From Spirochaetia bacterium (GTDB taxonomy: Bacteria > Spirochaetota > Spirochaetia > DSM-2461), in the NCBI GenBank assembly GCA_963668315.1, contig OY764216.1, forward strand, positions 1,888,001 through 1,952,000: DNA of 64,000 bases. The letters are read 5' to 3'. Each line of letters opens with the position of its first letter. Position 1 is the stretch's first letter. Under the pieces are notes generated by a model. That model made no database searches. It was not told where the DNA came from and saw nothing but the letters and a program-made list of their open reading frames with translations. The position numbers and the translations under genes were made by a program. This document shows, piece after piece, positions 27,383 through 39,524 of the stretch.

Positions 27383-29436
27383 ACATCCTATCGGCCCTGG
27401 TCATGGGTATGGCCGGTTTTCTGCCCCTGGCAGAGTACCACTGGCTCTGCGGCGGTGAATTCTCTCTGCTCCTGGGAGCGCTCTTTCTTGCCGGCGGCTG
27501 GGGTATTGCCCTCCTGGGAGATGCCCTTCGCACCCGCCGGGCATACTGGCTCATCCTGACCGCCGGACTTCTGCTGCCCTGGGCTGTACGGGGGGGCGTT
27601 TTCCTTGTCACCCTTCCCTCCGGGGGAAACGGCTCTTTCTCCTACATCCTCTTTGATACGGATTTTTCCCTGATCCTTCCCCTCTACTATCCTCTTTTTC
27701 TCTTCTTCTGGCTCAGCCTTGCCCGGCCGGGAGCCGCCCCTCTGCTCCTCTCCTTCCTTATGCTGATTTCCGGAGCGGGCCTTCTTTTCTACCGGGGCTG
27801 GGATACGGGCAGAGAAGCCTTTGTCCGCACCCTGGCCGGAGCGGGACTCTCTCTTTTTACCGGGATTTACTACCTGGTTCTCTTCCGCCAGCGGATTCTC
27901 TTCCACCGCCGCTCCCTTCTCCGCAGAAGAGAGGGGAATCTGGCCGTCCTCTTTCTTTTTCTCCCCGCTCTTCTGCTCCTTCTGCGCTCCTATGAGGAGA
28001 AAAGCCTTGCCGAGGGAGGAGGCCTTCTGCGAAACGATCTTTTTCAATTCGATTTCTCCGATGTCCTGACTCTGCAGCCGAATATCGCCATGTCCGATGA
28101 GCTGGTCATGCTGTTCAGAAAGGAGGGGGAGGCGGAAAAACTGCTCATCCGCCGTCATGTCCTGGACCTCTACGATAAGGAGAGGGGATTCTACCGGGAA
28201 GGGGACGAAGCATTCATTCCTCCCGGGGGCCTGAAACTGGAGGACCCCGGTTATGAAAACCGGAAGGAGGTCCTTCAGGAGTATTACCTTATCAATATGA
28301 ATCCCTCCGTTTCTCTGGGGCTGAACTACCCTGTGGAAATCGAGGCCTTCAGAAAGTGGGAAGGTTCCTCCTTTCAGAAAGTCCTCCGAACCCGCTCCCT
28401 TGTGGAGGATACGATCAGGCGGAATCTGGCCGGGATTCGGGAGATTGCCCTGCCCGGCGGGGACGGGGAGGCCTATCTCGATTACGGCGGGCGGGAGGAT
28501 ATCGCCGAGCTGGCCCGGGATATTACCGAAAATACAACGGGACCCTACAGAAAAGCCCGGGCCGTGGAAAGGTATCTCAAGACGAATTACGCCTATTCCC
28601 TGAATCCGGGAGTCTCTCTCTACGGCGATCAGCTGGGGTATTTTCTCTTTGTTTCCCAAAAGGGGTACTGCTCCTATTTCGCCTTCGCCATGACTCTGAT
28701 GATGAGGTCCCTGGGTATTCCCGCCCGTGTGGCCGTTGGTTTCTGGGTTGATCCGGATTCGGAAGTCCTGAACTTCTATCCCGTCACGGCGAATCAGGCC
28801 CATGCCTGGGTTGAGGTGTATTTCAATGAGAAGGGGTGGATAGAATTTGATCCCACCTCGGAGATCATGGCCGAAGGGGAGGAGTTCCGTTTCGGCAGCG
28901 TCGATTTTGAACTTTACAACAGTCTGATAGAGGAGATTATCCATCACGATGAGGAGCTTGTTCCCGAGGAGAATCTCTCCTTCCGGGAAGCGGTGGAAAG
29001 CTCACTGAGAAAATCATCCCGATTTTTAAAGAGGTATTTCGCTCATATTCTGATTTCTCTTCTCTGCGGATATATCATGTGGGTTATTCTGCTCCGCCGT
29101 ACACCCGTCGCCGGGCCAGGGGCACAGCCGGCCGGAAAGGCGGCTGCGGCCTATGCAGTACGGATAAAACAGCTTCACCGGGCCGGTTTTCCCGGGAGGC
29201 CGGGGGAGACTCCCTGGGAGTACGCCCTGCGTGTGGAAAAGGAGACCGCTCTTCCCGTCGGGGAGCTGACCCGGCTTTATCTGAAGGCGGAATTTTCACC
29301 CCGGTTCGACGGGGATGACTGGGACTCCTTTGCGGCGCTGCTGGAAAGCTACTCTCTTAAATGGAAGGAACTTCCCCTTTCGCGCCGTGTTCTGAGTACT
29401 CTCTATCCCCTTCCCCAGATAAGGCGGTATATATGA
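27379..29436 (+). CDS. Membrane transglutaminase-like (TgpA-type) protein with C-terminal DUF4129-like segment
   Basis: Multi-TM N-terminus; GYCSYFA, LGIPARVAVGF, AHAWVEVYF...GWIEFDPT triad; GETPWEYA. Confidence 0.9.
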   Translation: MNILSALVMGMAGFLPLAEYHWLCGGEFSLLLGALFLAGGWGIALLGDALRTRRAYWLILTAGLLLPWAVRGGVFLVTLPSGGNGSFSYILFDTDFSLILPLYYPLFLFFWLSLARPGAAPLLLSFLMLISGAGLLFYRGWDTGREAFVRTLAGAGLSLFTGIYYLVLFRQRILFHRRSLLRRREGNLAVLFLFLPALLLLLRSYEEKSLAEGGGLLRNDLFQFDFSDVLTLQPNIAMSDELVMLFRKEGEAEKLLIRRHVLDLYDKERGFYREGDEAFIPPGGLKLEDPGYENRKEVLQEYYLINMNPSVSLGLNYPVEIEAFRKWEGSSFQKVLRTRSLVEDTIRRNLAGIREIALPGGDGEAYLDYGGREDIAELARDITENTTGPYRKARAVERYLKTNYAYSLNPGVSLYGDQLGYFLFVSQKGYCSYFAFAMTLMMRSLGIPARVAVGFWVDPDSEVLNFYPVTANQAHAWVEVYFNEKGWIEFDPTSEIMAEGEEFRFGSVDFELYNSLIEEIIHHDEELVPEENLSFREAVESSLRKSSRFLKRYFAHILISLLCGYIMWVILLRRTPVAGPGAQPAGKAAAAYAVRIKQLHRAGFPGRPGETPWEYALRVEKETALPVGELTRLYLKAEFSPRFDGDDWDSFAALLESYSLKWKELPLSRRVLSTLYPLPQIRRYI

Positions 29437-31175
29437 AAAGGATCTCAGTTCTCATCCTTTTTCTCCTGGCCTCCTTTCTGCAGGGGCAGGAGTCCCGTTC
29501 GGAGGATGATCTGCTCCTCGGGATTGATTATGCCGTCAGCCAGTCGGAGTATGAAAAAGCCCTGGAGCTGATTGACCGGGGCAAGGCCCTCTATCCCGAG
29601 AGCAACCGTTTCCCCGCCAGAGCGGGAGAGCTATATATGGAAAAGAAGCTTTTTAATCTGGCTCTGGAAGAGTTCCGGGAAGCTGAAGCCCTCGATCCCA
29701 CCCCTGCCATCCGCTATGAACTTTCCCGGCTTCACGGGTTCATGGATAATAATGAAGAGTCCGCGTCCTACCTGGAGACACTCCTGGACGATCCCCAGTA
29801 CAAAGAAGATGCCCTGGCCGATCTGTCATGGATGTACTTTAAACTTCACCGGCTGAGAGACGGGGAGGCACTGCTCCTCGGCGCACTGGAGGAGGGGTTC
29901 AACAGAACCTTTGCCCATACCCTGGGAACCGTATACAGCGGGCTATACGAGTATGAGAAGTCGAAGCGTTACTATCTGGAATCCATAGACAGCGCCCTGG
30001 CCGGTTCGGACAACTATTTCTCGGCCGTCGCCTATTACAATCTCGCCCTGCTGGAGATGACCTTCTACAACTATGAACAGGCTCTGGAGTATACCTCCCT
30101 CTCGCTTGATCAGGTAAATCGGCCTTCCGGCCATGTGGCTATGGGCGAACTGCTCCAGCTCTCCCTCGATTATGAAGGGGCCCGGGGGGAATTTCTCGAA
30201 GCCTTCAGCCTTAATGACGAATCTCCCCTGGCCCTTCTGGATCTGGCCGATCTGAACCGGGAGTTCGGCTATCTCGATAAAGCCCTGGAGCAGATAGGAG
30301 ACGTGAGGCGCATCAGTGATAACAGCTGGATGTACTACTACGGGATGAACCGGATGGAATGGGATCTGGACATTACGGAAATACTCATGGACTGTTACGG
30401 GGGGAAGCTCAGGGAGGAATCGGTCACCCTTCACAGGGGGGTGAAGGAGAGGGCGGCCTCCCTGTTCCGCAGGATCCGTTACGGCTGGCTTTTCCGGTAT
30501 CACCGGGGCCATTTCAGGAAACTCTGTCGGACTCTCGGTGAGATACAGCTTTCAGAAAACAATCCCCTCCACGGCTGGACCCTTCTGGCAGAGGGAGCCG
30601 GGGATTACGGGAAAACCGCTTTGTTCTACTGGAAGGCGGCCCGGGATTTTGAAACGGCCCTGACGGAGAGGGCATCATCCTGGTACGACCTGAGAATCGG
30701 AAAAGAAGCGAAAGATGCCGGCCTGCTGGCCCGGGGATACGGGCAGCTCGTTGTCCCCTGGGAGAATTCCCTCCGCTCCGAGGCCCTCGCCGCACGAATC
30801 GGCCTTCTGGGGAGGAAAGGCCGGGGAACCAGGGAATATCGGGAGCTGGTGAATGAAATGTATGGCCTGAACCGGGGCTCTCTCCGGCAGAAGGGACTCA
30901 CTCTTCCTGTCCTTATCGATGTCGCCGGGGATGAGGAGAAAACGCTGGCCCGGTGGCTTTCCCGCCTTCATCCCGGGGGGGATGCGGAAAATCCCTCTCT
31001 GTGCTACCATTTGGTCCTTACCTCCCGGGAAGGGGGCATCTCTTCCTGGCAGGTGATCAGACCCGATGGACGAATCCTTCGGGAAGGACGGCGGGAAACG
31101 CCGCGCCTGGACAGGGAGGGAAGAACGATGCTGATAGAAGCGGTGGAAGATCATCTGTACGGAGGGGGGGAGTGA
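29433..31175 (+). CDS. Exported tetratricopeptide-repeat protein
   Basis: Signal peptide MKRISVLILFLLASFLQG; repeated helical A..Y..A..LDP motifs; ATGA coupling to previous gene. Confidence 0.75.
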   Translation: MKRISVLILFLLASFLQGQESRSEDDLLLGIDYAVSQSEYEKALELIDRGKALYPESNRFPARAGELYMEKKLFNLALEEFREAEALDPTPAIRYELSRLHGFMDNNEESASYLETLLDDPQYKEDALADLSWMYFKLHRLRDGEALLLGALEEGFNRTFAHTLGTVYSGLYEYEKSKRYYLESIDSALAGSDNYFSAVAYYNLALLEMTFYNYEQALEYTSLSLDQVNRPSGHVAMGELLQLSLDYEGARGEFLEAFSLNDESPLALLDLADLNREFGYLDKALEQIGDVRRISDNSWMYYYGMNRMEWDLDITEILMDCYGGKLREESVTLHRGVKERAASLFRRIRYGWLFRYHRGHFRKLCRTLGEIQLSENNPLHGWTLLAEGAGDYGKTALFYWKAARDFETALTERASSWYDLRIGKEAKDAGLLARGYGQLVVPWENSLRSEALAARIGLLGRKGRGTREYRELVNEMYGLNRGSLRQKGLTLPVLIDVAGDEEKTLARWLSRLHPGGDAENPSLCYHLVLTSREGGISSWQVIRPDGRILREGRRETPRLDREGRTMLIEAVEDHLYGGGE

Positions 31176-31861
31176 GGCTCCTGCAGGATGTACGCGTAGC
31201 CTCTCCCGTTCCCTGTCCCTATCGGGAGGGAAAAACCTTTGTGCAGGAGTATTTTTTCGCCGATTCGATGGACGAGAGGGAGTTCGACTATTTTCTCTCC
31301 CGCGGCTGGCGTAGATTCGGAAATTTCTTTTTCCGGCCCCGATGTCCCGGCTGCCGGGCCTGTCGTCCCGTCCGCATAAGCGCAGAGGGGCTTATCCCCG
31401 GATCGGCACAGAGAAAGGCGGTCAATAGGAACCGGGATACCCGGGTCGAATTGAAACCCCTGGCCTACTCCGATGAGATTTTTGAGATATACCGTCTCCA
31501 TTCCTTGAAATTCGGAGAGGAGGAGAGGGATAAGGCGGCTTTCCGGGAGACCTATTTCCAGAAAGCCGTTCCCGCTTTCCAGACGGAGTATTACCGGGAG
31601 GATACCCTGGCTGCCGTAGGATTTGTCGATGTGGGAGCCAGCGGGCTGAGCAGTGTCTACTACTCCTATGATCCCCGCTTCTCCCGCTACAGTCTGGGGA
31701 CCTTCAGTGTTATCCATGAATGCCGTCTGGCCGCCGACGCCGGGCTGGAGTGGTATTATCTGGGGTATTACGTGGCCGAATGCCCCCGCATGGTTTATAA
31801 GGGAAAATTTATGCCCAGGCAGTTTTACAGCTGGGAAAGAGAGCGATGGGAAGATGGATAG
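31172..31861 (+). CDS. Bacterial arginyl-tRNA-protein transferase homologue (Bpt/ATE family)
   Basis: CPY, GWRRFG..FFRP.C..C..C.PVRI, LSSVYYSYDP, SLGT, YYLGYYV..C..M.YK; GTG overlaps TPR stop. Confidence 0.88.
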   Translation: MRLLQDVRVASPVPCPYREGKTFVQEYFFADSMDEREFDYFLSRGWRRFGNFFFRPRCPGCRACRPVRISAEGLIPGSAQRKAVNRNRDTRVELKPLAYSDEIFEIYRLHSLKFGEEERDKAAFRETYFQKAVPAFQTEYYREDTLAAVGFVDVGASGLSSVYYSYDPRFSRYSLGTFSVIHECRLAADAGLEWYYLGYYVAECPRMVYKGKFMPRQFYSWERERWEDG

Positions 31862-32273
31862 GAAAGCGCTGGAGGAGAGTCTGGACAGGGAAATAGTCTA
31901 TACCTACTCCCGTTCGGGCGGTCCGGGCGGACAGAATGTCAACAAGGTGAACAGCAAGGTAACCGCCGTTCTTGCCATGGAGAAACTGGAGGGACTGACA
32001 GAGGATGAACTCGGCCGGGTAAGGGTAAAACTGGCCGGACGGATTAATCAGAAGGACGAACTGGTCATTCAGGGAGAAGAGGACCGCAGCCAGGTCCGCA
32101 ACCGGACCATTGTCCGGGAGAGAATCCTGAATCTGTTGACAGAGTCGGCCCGGAGTCCGAAAAAAAGAAGGCCCACCCGTCCGGGAAGGGCCGCCCGGGA
32201 GGAAAGACTCTCCCGTAAAAAACGGCAGAAGGAGAAAAAATCCCTCCGCCGTTCCGTTTCCTTTGACGATTAG
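31854..32273 (+). CDS. arfB: Alternative ribosome rescue factor B (peptidyl-tRNA hydrolase)
   Basis: [19 protein letters not shown], basic tail RRPTRP...RL..K. Confidence 0.92.
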   Translation: MDRKALEESLDREIVYTYSRSGGPGGQNVNKVNSKVTAVLAMEKLEGLTEDELGRVRVKLAGRINQKDELVIQGEEDRSQVRNRTIVRERILNLLTESARSPKKRRPTRPGRAAREERLSRKKRQKEKKSLRRSVSFDD

Positions 32274-34456
32274 GAGGCTTCTTCCGGTTCCTCCCACTCT
32301 TCCGCTTCGACCACGCCCTCGGTTAATTCCATCTCTTCCGGACTGTCCTGTGCCTCGAAATGAAAGTAACCCGCTTCCTTTTTAACGGAAGATATCCGGG
32401 TTTTGTTGCTAACCGTCAGTTCCGAAACGGCATTAACGGCACTGCTTATCTCTTCAATTCCCGTCCCTATCTCATGAATCGCCATGGAAACATCTTCGGA
32501 AATCCTGGACAGCTCTTCCACGGTGGTCCGGATATCGCCGTTAGCCCGGGTCATTTCGCGGGAACCGTCGGTCACTTCGCTCCCCGACGATTTCAATTCT
32601 CCCAGGACATTCAGGATCTGGGTACTGCCCGTCACCTGTTCCTCTATGGATGTCTGAATAATACCGGTTATATGTCCCATCGATTCAATCTGACCGTGAA
32701 TCGTATCAAATGATAGACCGGTACGGGCCGTTTCTTCCGATATGTTGAGTATCTGAGAGTTGATTTCGCTGATGCTTTTCTTAACCTGGGCGGACTGACC
32801 TGTGGATTGTTCCGCCAGTTTTCTTATTTCATCGGCCACGACGGCGAAGCCCCTTCCCGCATCCCCCGCGTGGGCCGCCTCAATAGCGGCATTCATTGCC
32901 AGGAGATTTGTCCGTGCGGCTATTCCCGATATCAGGGCATTGGCCTCTTCGAGGGATTTTGATTTCTCCCGGATCTCACGGGTCAGCAGAGAGACGTTCT
33001 TCAAATTATCCCGTCCCTTCCGGGAGGAATCGAGGAGGGTTGACATGAGGTTTTCCGCTTCTTCCATTGATCCGGCAACGCTCTTGATCTGGGCTATCAG
33101 CTCCTCAACGGCGGTGGAACCCTGCAGAATATTTCCGTTCTGGTTCTCAATGGCCGAATCGAGCAGGCTGATGTTCCGGGATATATCGTCGACCCGGGAC
33201 ACCGTGTTGCCCACGCTTTTTTCCTGAAGCTTAATTCTGCCCAGCGAATTATTCACGTTATTGCGTATCTGAAGAACCGCAGCGGCGGTCTCCTCCATAT
33301 TGGCGGATAAATCTGAGCCGACATTCTCCAGTTCGGCCATACTGCCGGCCAGGTGACTGAAAAAACCGGCCAGCGTCTCCATAAGACCGTTGAAATAGGT
33401 AATCATGCCGGTTATTTCATCCCGGCCTTCGCCTTTTCCCCTCTGGGTCAGATCTCCCTGGGATGCGGAGAAAAAGATTTTTTCTATGGCGGTAAGCCGC
33501 CGGACAAGCCGGTTTCTTACATAGAAATAAATCATAAGCCACACCAGCAGGACCAGGAGAGCACTGGAGGAGAACATAATTAACTTGAAACGGTCGGCGG
33601 CCCGGAATGCCTCCCTGTTTTCAATGGCAAAACAGACCGTCCAGTCCAGGCTGAATATTTTAACAAAGTATCCCTGCATGGTCCTGCCGTCCCTGGTATA
33701 GGAGGCTATTTTCGTCTGGAGGGAGGTATCCGCAAGCGTTCTGAACAGGGGATCAAGGTCCCCCGCATTCCTGTTTACCAGATCATCCCGTGTATGGACG
33801 AGAATCCGGCCGTCCTTTTCAAGAAGGAAAGCTTCACCGGTCTGACCCAGTTTCTTACTCAGAATACTTTTATGTCCCAGGATTTTCAGGTCGAGGACCG
33901 CGGCAAGCAGACCGGTTTTACTCTCCCCATCGCTTATGACAGCCCCATGGATAATATAGGGATGACCTGTTCTGGGGGATATCTGTGCTTCTTCGGTGGT
34001 ATAAACACTCTCTTCTCCCTTCATAAGGGTTTGAAAGAGATCGTTGTCCGACAGGTCCCTGCCTACGAGCGAATCGTCCGAAGAGGCTGTTACTATGCCG
34101 TCGGAGTTGAGGAGATAGGCCGATTCGATAAAGGTGCTGCCCGTGACAATATCTTCCAGAATGGAATCGGAGAACGGCTGATTCTCTTTCCAGGAATCGC
34201 CGACGGCCGAGAGGGCCAGGGCGTACCCTTCGAGAATCCGTTCGTTTGATGTAATCTCAGCCTGCAGCGATTCCGCAATGGACTGGGTCAGTTTGAGAAA
34301 GTTATTTTTCTGCATCGTGCCGATTTCACCGGCCATGTGGCGTGACAGGAAAATATTCAGAGGAATCAGGCAGGCAAGAAGAATCAGCAATAAAAGCAGA
34401 ATAAGGGGTACGGCGAAAGAAATCCTGCCCCCGCGGGGGGAGTTATTTTTAGACAT
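32270..34456 (-). CDS. Methyl-accepting chemotaxis protein (dCache, HAMP)
   Basis: Two TMs flanking a Cache-like domain; [34 protein letters not shown]; start set at MSKNNS. Confidence 0.93.
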   Translation of the reverse strand: MSKNNSPRGGRISFAVPLILLLLLILLACLIPLNIFLSRHMAGEIGTMQKNNFLKLTQSIAESLQAEITSNERILEGYALALSAVGDSWKENQPFSDSILEDIVTGSTFIESAYLLNSDGIVTASSDDSLVGRDLSDNDLFQTLMKGEESVYTTEEAQISPRTGHPYIIHGAVISDGESKTGLLAAVLDLKILGHKSILSKKLGQTGEAFLLEKDGRILVHTRDDLVNRNAGDLDPLFRTLADTSLQTKIASYTRDGRTMQGYFVKIFSLDWTVCFAIENREAFRAADRFKLIMFSSSALLVLLVWLMIYFYVRNRLVRRLTAIEKIFFSASQGDLTQRGKGEGRDEITGMITYFNGLMETLAGFFSHLAGSMAELENVGSDLSANMEETAAAVLQIRNNVNNSLGRIKLQEKSVGNTVSRVDDISRNISLLDSAIENQNGNILQGSTAVEELIAQIKSVAGSMEEAENLMSTLLDSSRKGRDNLKNVSLLTREIREKSKSLEEANALISGIAARTNLLAMNAAIEAAHAGDAGRGFAVVADEIRKLAEQSTGQSAQVKKSISEINSQILNISEETARTGLSFDTIHGQIESMGHITGIIQTSIEEQVTGSTQILNVLGELKSSGSEVTDGSREMTRANGDIRTTVEELSRISEDVSMAIHEIGTGIEEISSAVNAVSELTVSNKTRISSVKKEAGYFHFEAQDSPEEMELTEGVVEAEEWEEPEEAS

Positions 34457-34576
34457 TATTATTACCTCGGGAAGTATGGTAATATGAAAATGCCTATCAT
34501 GCAACTAATAATTGCATATATTATTACAAATTACATTGATGTGATAAATACACTATTGTAGTTCTATAACTTTCCT

Positions 34577-35047
34577 CTATAGATCTTTCAGTATCTCCCA
34601 AACCTTCGGAACCGTATCCTTGGGGGAGATCTTATACCAGGTACCTGCCAGCTTTCCCCCGGCGTCTATCAGAAAGGCCGATCTGATAATACCCATGTAG
34701 GATTTTCCGTACATTTTTTTCTCCCCCCAGACACCGTATGCCCGGGCCATTTCCATCTCCGTATCACAGAGAAGGGGAAAAGAGAGCTGATGGTTCACAT
34801 CAAATTTTTTCTGGGCTTTTTCATCATCGGGACTGACACCCAGAACCGCGCAATCCAGAGAATCCCATTGCTCCCGGGCATCCCGGACATTACAGCTTTG
34901 CGTCGTACATCCCGGAGTCGAGGCTTTGGGATAGAAATATATCATCAGCGGCTTGCCGGTATAATCGGAAAGGCTGTGCATTTTGCCGTCCTGATCGGTC
35001 AAAGAAAAGTCCGGAGCCCTGTCGCCTGTTCTTAATTGTTCATCCAT
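34577..35047 (-). CDS. bcp: Thioredoxin-dependent thiol peroxidase (BCP)
   Basis: APDFSL.DQDG, YFYPKASTPGCTTQSC, GVSPD. Confidence 0.93.
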   Translation of the reverse strand: MDEQLRTGDRAPDFSLTDQDGKMHSLSDYTGKPLMIYFYPKASTPGCTTQSCNVRDAREQWDSLDCAVLGVSPDDEKAQKKFDVNHQLSFPLLCDTEMEMARAYGVWGEKKMYGKSYMGIIRSAFLIDAGGKLAGTWYKISPKDTVPKVWEILKDL

Positions 35048-35197
35048 ACTGTCACTCCTCTATATAAGCAAAGTAAGGGAGAATATCGGGGGAGTCAAGA
35101 AAAACAGTACAATATATTCGAAATAGGGTATATTTGGATAGGTACAAGACTTGTAATTTCCTTCACTGCTGGTAATAATGAAAAAAAAGAGGACAAA

Positions 35198-37273
35198 ATG
35201 AAAATTAAAAATCGCATCGCCCTGCTGTTGATGATAACCGTTCTTTTCGGCTCTATCATCTCCTCATCCCTTACCGTATACGAAGCCCGCAAAGAAAGAA
35301 TACACAATTTCCACGAGCAGTTTTCCTCCATAGCCGAAGCATCAAAAACAGAATTCCAGACACAAATGGCCCGGGGGATCGAAGCGGCTCTGATCTTTTC
35401 CCGGAATCCCGCCGTTACCGCGTGGATGGGGGGGGCTGATAATCCCCTCTACAGGGAACTGAGCCTCCAGTCCCTTGAATCTCTTCAGAAGGACAGAGGG
35501 TATAACGTGGCCTTTACCTTGAGAGCCGACGGGGCCGAACTTTATCAGGGTGACAAATTCGTCACCTCTCTGGATTCCGGGAGCCCTGTGGATCAGTGGC
35601 TTTTCCGGCTTATGGAAGGGGAGACTCAGATCAATCTGCAGCAGAACACCATTGAGGCCCTGGGAAAAAACATGTTCTGGGTCACATCCCTCATTTTTTC
35701 CGAAGAGGGGGCTCCCCTCGGCCTGGTCGGGCTGGGTTACAATATAGACGCTTCCGTGGCAGCGCTGCTGCAGCATATTCCCGGAGAAGGGGGGATCATT
35801 CTTCTCGTCGATGAGGAGGGAATTGTCCAGTTCTCCTCCCGCAAGGATTTTATCGGGCTTCCCTTCGCCGGTTTGTTTCCCCATAGGGAGCCGGTAGAGG
35901 GTTTCAAGCGACTGGAAGCATTTACCTTTGAAAACAGTAAAACCGTGATGACAAGGGAATCTATCAAAAGCACCCGGCTCCAGCTTTACCTGACGGCCCG
36001 TTATGAAGACTATATCCCCGCCTTTTTTCAGCTGGGAGGCCGTGCCCTGATTATAGCGGCCGTCTACGGTCTTCTCTCCTTCATCGTCTCAATGAGAATT
36101 CTGAGGCACTCCCTCTCCTCCCTCAACTCTCTCGGTTCTATTATGGAGGAGCTCGCCGAAGGAGAAGGAGACCTGACGGCCAGTCTGCCTGTCAGCGAAG
36201 ATGAGATCGGCCAGGTCTCCTACTGCTTTAATCAGTTTATAGAAACCCTGCGATCATTGATCCGCGACGTAAAGGGAAATGTGAAGAACAGCCTGATCCT
36301 TTCGGAAATCCTGAATGAATCCAGCTCAAAGACATCCCGGTCGGCCGGGGAGATCGCCGAATCCATGGAGTATCTAACAGGCCGGTTCGGAGAACTGGAC
36401 AATACCATGTCAAAATCCTTCGATTCCCTCAGAGGCTTATCCGGGCAGGTGGATATTTTCGACGGACAGATCGAGGAACAGGCGGCCATGGTGGAGGAAA
36501 CGACTGCGGCGGTTACCGAAATGAAGGCCTCCCTGGCCAAGGTCGCCGAAATCAGCCGCAAGAAACAGCTTGTGGTTGAGGGGCTTAAAGGATCGGCCCG
36601 GGCGGGGATTGATCTTTTGAGCGATATGTCGGGGGAATTTCAGGAACAGGTTTCTTCCCGGATGGATGATGTTATGGCCATGAATAAAGTGGTGGCCTCC
36701 GTCGCGGCACAGACGAATCTGCTGGCCATGAACGCCGCAATCGAGGCGGCCCATGCCGGGGACGCGGGCAGGGGATTTTCGGTCGTTGCCGACGAAATCA
36801 GAAAACTGGCCGAAACGGCTTCGTCCAGTGCCAAGGAGATTGACGGCATTCTGAAAATGGTCCGCAAGGGAGTGGAAAATACCGCCAGGAAATCGGAAGA
36901 AACCGGTTTGGTTTTTCAGGAAATAGAAGGGGAAGTGGAGGATACGGTTCAGGCTTTTTCCGAAATTGCCGGCAGTACCCATGAACTGTCCATGGGGGGA
37001 GACCATGTGCTTCAGGCCTCTTCCACGCTCAGTAACTTCACCGTACAGGTGAAAGGGGCTTCCCAGGAGATGACCAGCAGCCTCCGCAGTCTGTTTGAGT
37101 CCTTTGGAATTGTCCGGGATTTTCTTATCGATATGCAGGACCGTCTGATGAAAACCGAGGGTGATACCCGGGAAATTCGGGATGCCATGAGCCGGATTTC
37201 CCGGCTGAACAGCGAGTTCCATACCGATTTCGTCAATATTTCCGAAGATACGGATAAATTTAAAATCGAGTAA
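35198..37273 (+). CDS. Methyl-accepting chemotaxis protein
   Basis: Two TMs, HAMP (GEGDLT..L....DEIG), [35 protein letters not shown]; start set at MKIKNR. Confidence 0.93.
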   Translation: MKIKNRIALLLMITVLFGSIISSSLTVYEARKERIHNFHEQFSSIAEASKTEFQTQMARGIEAALIFSRNPAVTAWMGGADNPLYRELSLQSLESLQKDRGYNVAFTLRADGAELYQGDKFVTSLDSGSPVDQWLFRLMEGETQINLQQNTIEALGKNMFWVTSLIFSEEGAPLGLVGLGYNIDASVAALLQHIPGEGGIILLVDEEGIVQFSSRKDFIGLPFAGLFPHREPVEGFKRLEAFTFENSKTVMTRESIKSTRLQLYLTARYEDYIPAFFQLGGRALIIAAVYGLLSFIVSMRILRHSLSSLNSLGSIMEELAEGEGDLTASLPVSEDEIGQVSYCFNQFIETLRSLIRDVKGNVKNSLILSEILNESSSKTSRSAGEIAESMEYLTGRFGELDNTMSKSFDSLRGLSGQVDIFDGQIEEQAAMVEETTAAVTEMKASLAKVAEISRKKQLVVEGLKGSARAGIDLLSDMSGEFQEQVSSRMDDVMAMNKVVASVAAQTNLLAMNAAIEAAHAGDAGRGFSVVADEIRKLAETASSSAKEIDGILKMVRKGVENTARKSEETGLVFQEIEGEVEDTVQAFSEIAGSTHELSMGGDHVLQASSTLSNFTVQVKGASQEMTSSLRSLFESFGIVRDFLIDMQDRLMKTEGDTREIRDAMSRISRLNSEFHTDFVNISEDTDKFKIE

Positions 37274-37335
37274 AATGTAAAACCTATTAGCCTGTTCTCT
37301 TTTTATTGCTTATATTAGAAATAAAGGAGATAGAG

Positions 37336-38142
37336 ATGAATAAGTTACTTTTATTGACCTTACTCGTTGTTTTTCTCCCCCCCCTGGCGGGAGAGGAGAA
37401 TTTATCCCTGGATCTGACCCTGGAGACCGGATTCCTTGCCGTTGCCTCCCACGAAATCCAGTCGGGGACAGATAGCGACAGGGGTGATGTGTTCGATTAT
37501 AAATCTCAGGGAAATCAGGATATCCTCTTTCCCTTCTACAGGATGCAGGCAGACCTGTCGGTAAAAAGGCACAGCTTCCTTCTGCTCTACCAGCCGCTGA
37601 CGCTCACAACCACGGCCCCCATAAGAGAGGATTTTCGTTATGACCAGATCGATTTCACCACGGCCGACGGTTTTCTCTCCCTGGTTTACGCCTTTGACTT
37701 CTGGCGTTTTTCCTACCTCTATGAACTGATTCCCCCGCCGGCCTACTATCTGGAGCTGGGAGGCTCCCTACAGATCCGCAATGCTTCCATCGTCTTTGAA
37801 ACCTCGGAGAACGGAAAGGGAACGGTTTCCGATAACATAGGACCGGTGCCCATCGTTAAAGTGAAGACCGGTTACGAATGGCCAGCGGGGTATTACGCCG
37901 AGTTTGAAGGGGACGGATTCTACGCCACCAACCGGATTTTCAACGGGGCGGACTATCCCTTTACCGGCTATATCTACGATCTCTCATTAAGGGGCGGATA
38001 CCGGTTCCGGGAGGATATCCGGGTTTACCTTAACGGCCGTTTTCTGGGGGGCGGGGCCGAAGGGACCAACGATTCCGGGGAATATACCTATAACGATCTT
38101 CACACGTTCAGCCTGACCCTGGGGGGCGTCTGGTCTCTATAG
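37336..38142 (+). CDS. Exported protein, possible outer-membrane beta-barrel
   Basis: Signal peptide; alternating aromatic/hydrophobic strands; C-terminal TLGGVWSL; AAGGAG RBS. Confidence 0.55.
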   Translation: MNKLLLLTLLVVFLPPLAGEENLSLDLTLETGFLAVASHEIQSGTDSDRGDVFDYKSQGNQDILFPFYRMQADLSVKRHSFLLLYQPLTLTTTAPIREDFRYDQIDFTTADGFLSLVYAFDFWRFSYLYELIPPPAYYLELGGSLQIRNASIVFETSENGKGTVSDNIGPVPIVKVKTGYEWPAGYYAEFEGDGFYATNRIFNGADYPFTGYIYDLSLRGGYRFREDIRVYLNGRFLGGGAEGTNDSGEYTYNDLHTFSLTLGGVWSL

Positions 38143-38168
38143 GGTCCGATAACCCCGTGTGAGGAGAT

Positions 38169-38201
38169 AAAAAAAGGATGATCCCCCGAAGGAGATCATC
38201 C
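38169..38201 (-). terminator. Terminator of oad operon
   Basis: GGATGATC-N10-GATCATCC stem with A7 on + strand (U7 on minus). Confidence 0.8.
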
Positions 38202-38236
38202 CGTTCATTCAAAGAAAATGTACTTGGTGCCTGTAA

Positions 38237-39475
38237 TTAGGCGCCGAATACGGGAACCAGGGCCAGAAGTACACCGGCGGCTACGGCAGAACCGATAACA
38301 CCGGCCACGTTCGGTCCCATGGCGTGCATGAGAAGGAAGTTCTCATGGTCATACTCCAGACCGACCTTGTTGGAAACACGGGCGGCCATGGGCACGGCGG
38401 AAACACCGGCGGAACCGATCAGGGGGTTGATGGGGGTCTTGCTCAGTTTGTTCATCAGCTTGGCGAGAAGAACACCCATGGTGGTACCGATGGCGAAGGC
38501 TATGAGACCCAGGGCCAGAATACCCAGAGTGGTGACATTCAGGAACTTGGCCGCTTCCATCTTGGAGCCTACGGAGAGGCCGAGCATGATGGTGACAATG
38601 TTCATGAGGGCGTTTTCCATGGTGTTGGAAAGCCTGTCCACAACGCCGGACTGCTTACACAGGTTTCCGAACATCAGGGCTCCCAGAAGGGGAGTGGCGC
38701 TGGGCAGAAGAAGGATACACAGAAACAGTACGGCGATGGGGAAAACGATTTTTTCCATCTTCGTAACGTGTCTCAGCTGTTCCATTTTAATCTTTCTTTC
38801 GTTCTCAGTCGTCAAAGCCTTCATGATGGGGGGCTGGATAATGGGAACGAGGGCCATGTAGGAGTACGCGGCAACGGCGATGGCGCCCAGGTAGTTGGGA
38901 GCCAGACGGCTGGTTACGTAAATCGCCGTAGGACCGTCCGCACCGCCGATGATACCGATGGAACCGGCTACGTGGAGGATGGACTTGGCCATACCGCCCT
39001 CAACAAAGCTGAACCCGGGAATCATTTCCAGGGCGATCGTACCGAGCAGAGCGATAAAAATACCGAACTGAGCGGCGGCGCCGAGGAGCAGAGTCTTGGG
39101 GTTGGCCAGGAGGGGACCGAAGTCGGTCATGGCGCCTACACCCATGAAGATAATCAGCGGGAAAAGACCCGAAGATACACCAAAGTCATAGAACATTCCG
39201 ATAAAACCGCCGGAAACTTCATGCAGATGAAAGGCATGGCCCGCCATTTCACCGGTCAGGGTGGTATGGGCGGCGATTTCCGCGAAGGGAATATTACTTA
39301 ATATACATCCAAATCCGATGGGAACGAGGAGCAGGGGCTCGAATTCCTTGTTGATCGCCAGGTACAGCAGAAGCAGACCGACAATGATCATGACAAAGTT
39401 TCCCCATCCTCCGGGCAGGAAAAAACCGTAAAGCCCGGTGGAGCGCCATAGTTCCATTAAAGAATCACTTAACAT
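38237..39475 (-). CDS. oadB: Na+-translocating decarboxylase beta subunit
   Basis: [57 protein letters not shown]. Confidence 0.95.
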   Translation of the reverse strand: MLSDSLMELWRSTGLYGFFLPGGWGNFVMIIVGLLLLYLAINKEFEPLLLVPIGFGCILSNIPFAEIAAHTTLTGEMAGHAFHLHEVSGGFIGMFYDFGVSSGLFPLIIFMGVGAMTDFGPLLANPKTLLLGAAAQFGIFIALLGTIALEMIPGFSFVEGGMAKSILHVAGSIGIIGGADGPTAIYVTSRLAPNYLGAIAVAAYSYMALVPIIQPPIMKALTTENERKIKMEQLRHVTKMEKIVFPIAVLFLCILLLPSATPLLGALMFGNLCKQSGVVDRLSNTMENALMNIVTIMLGLSVGSKMEAAKFLNVTTLGILALGLIAFAIGTTMGVLLAKLMNKLSKTPINPLIGSAGVSAVPMAARVSNKVGLEYDHENFLLMHAMGPNVAGVIGSAVAAGVLLALVPVFGA

Positions 39476-39524
39476 TTAATTACTCTCCTTAGGGTGCCCC
39501 GCTTTGGCGGCGGGACACATGGGC

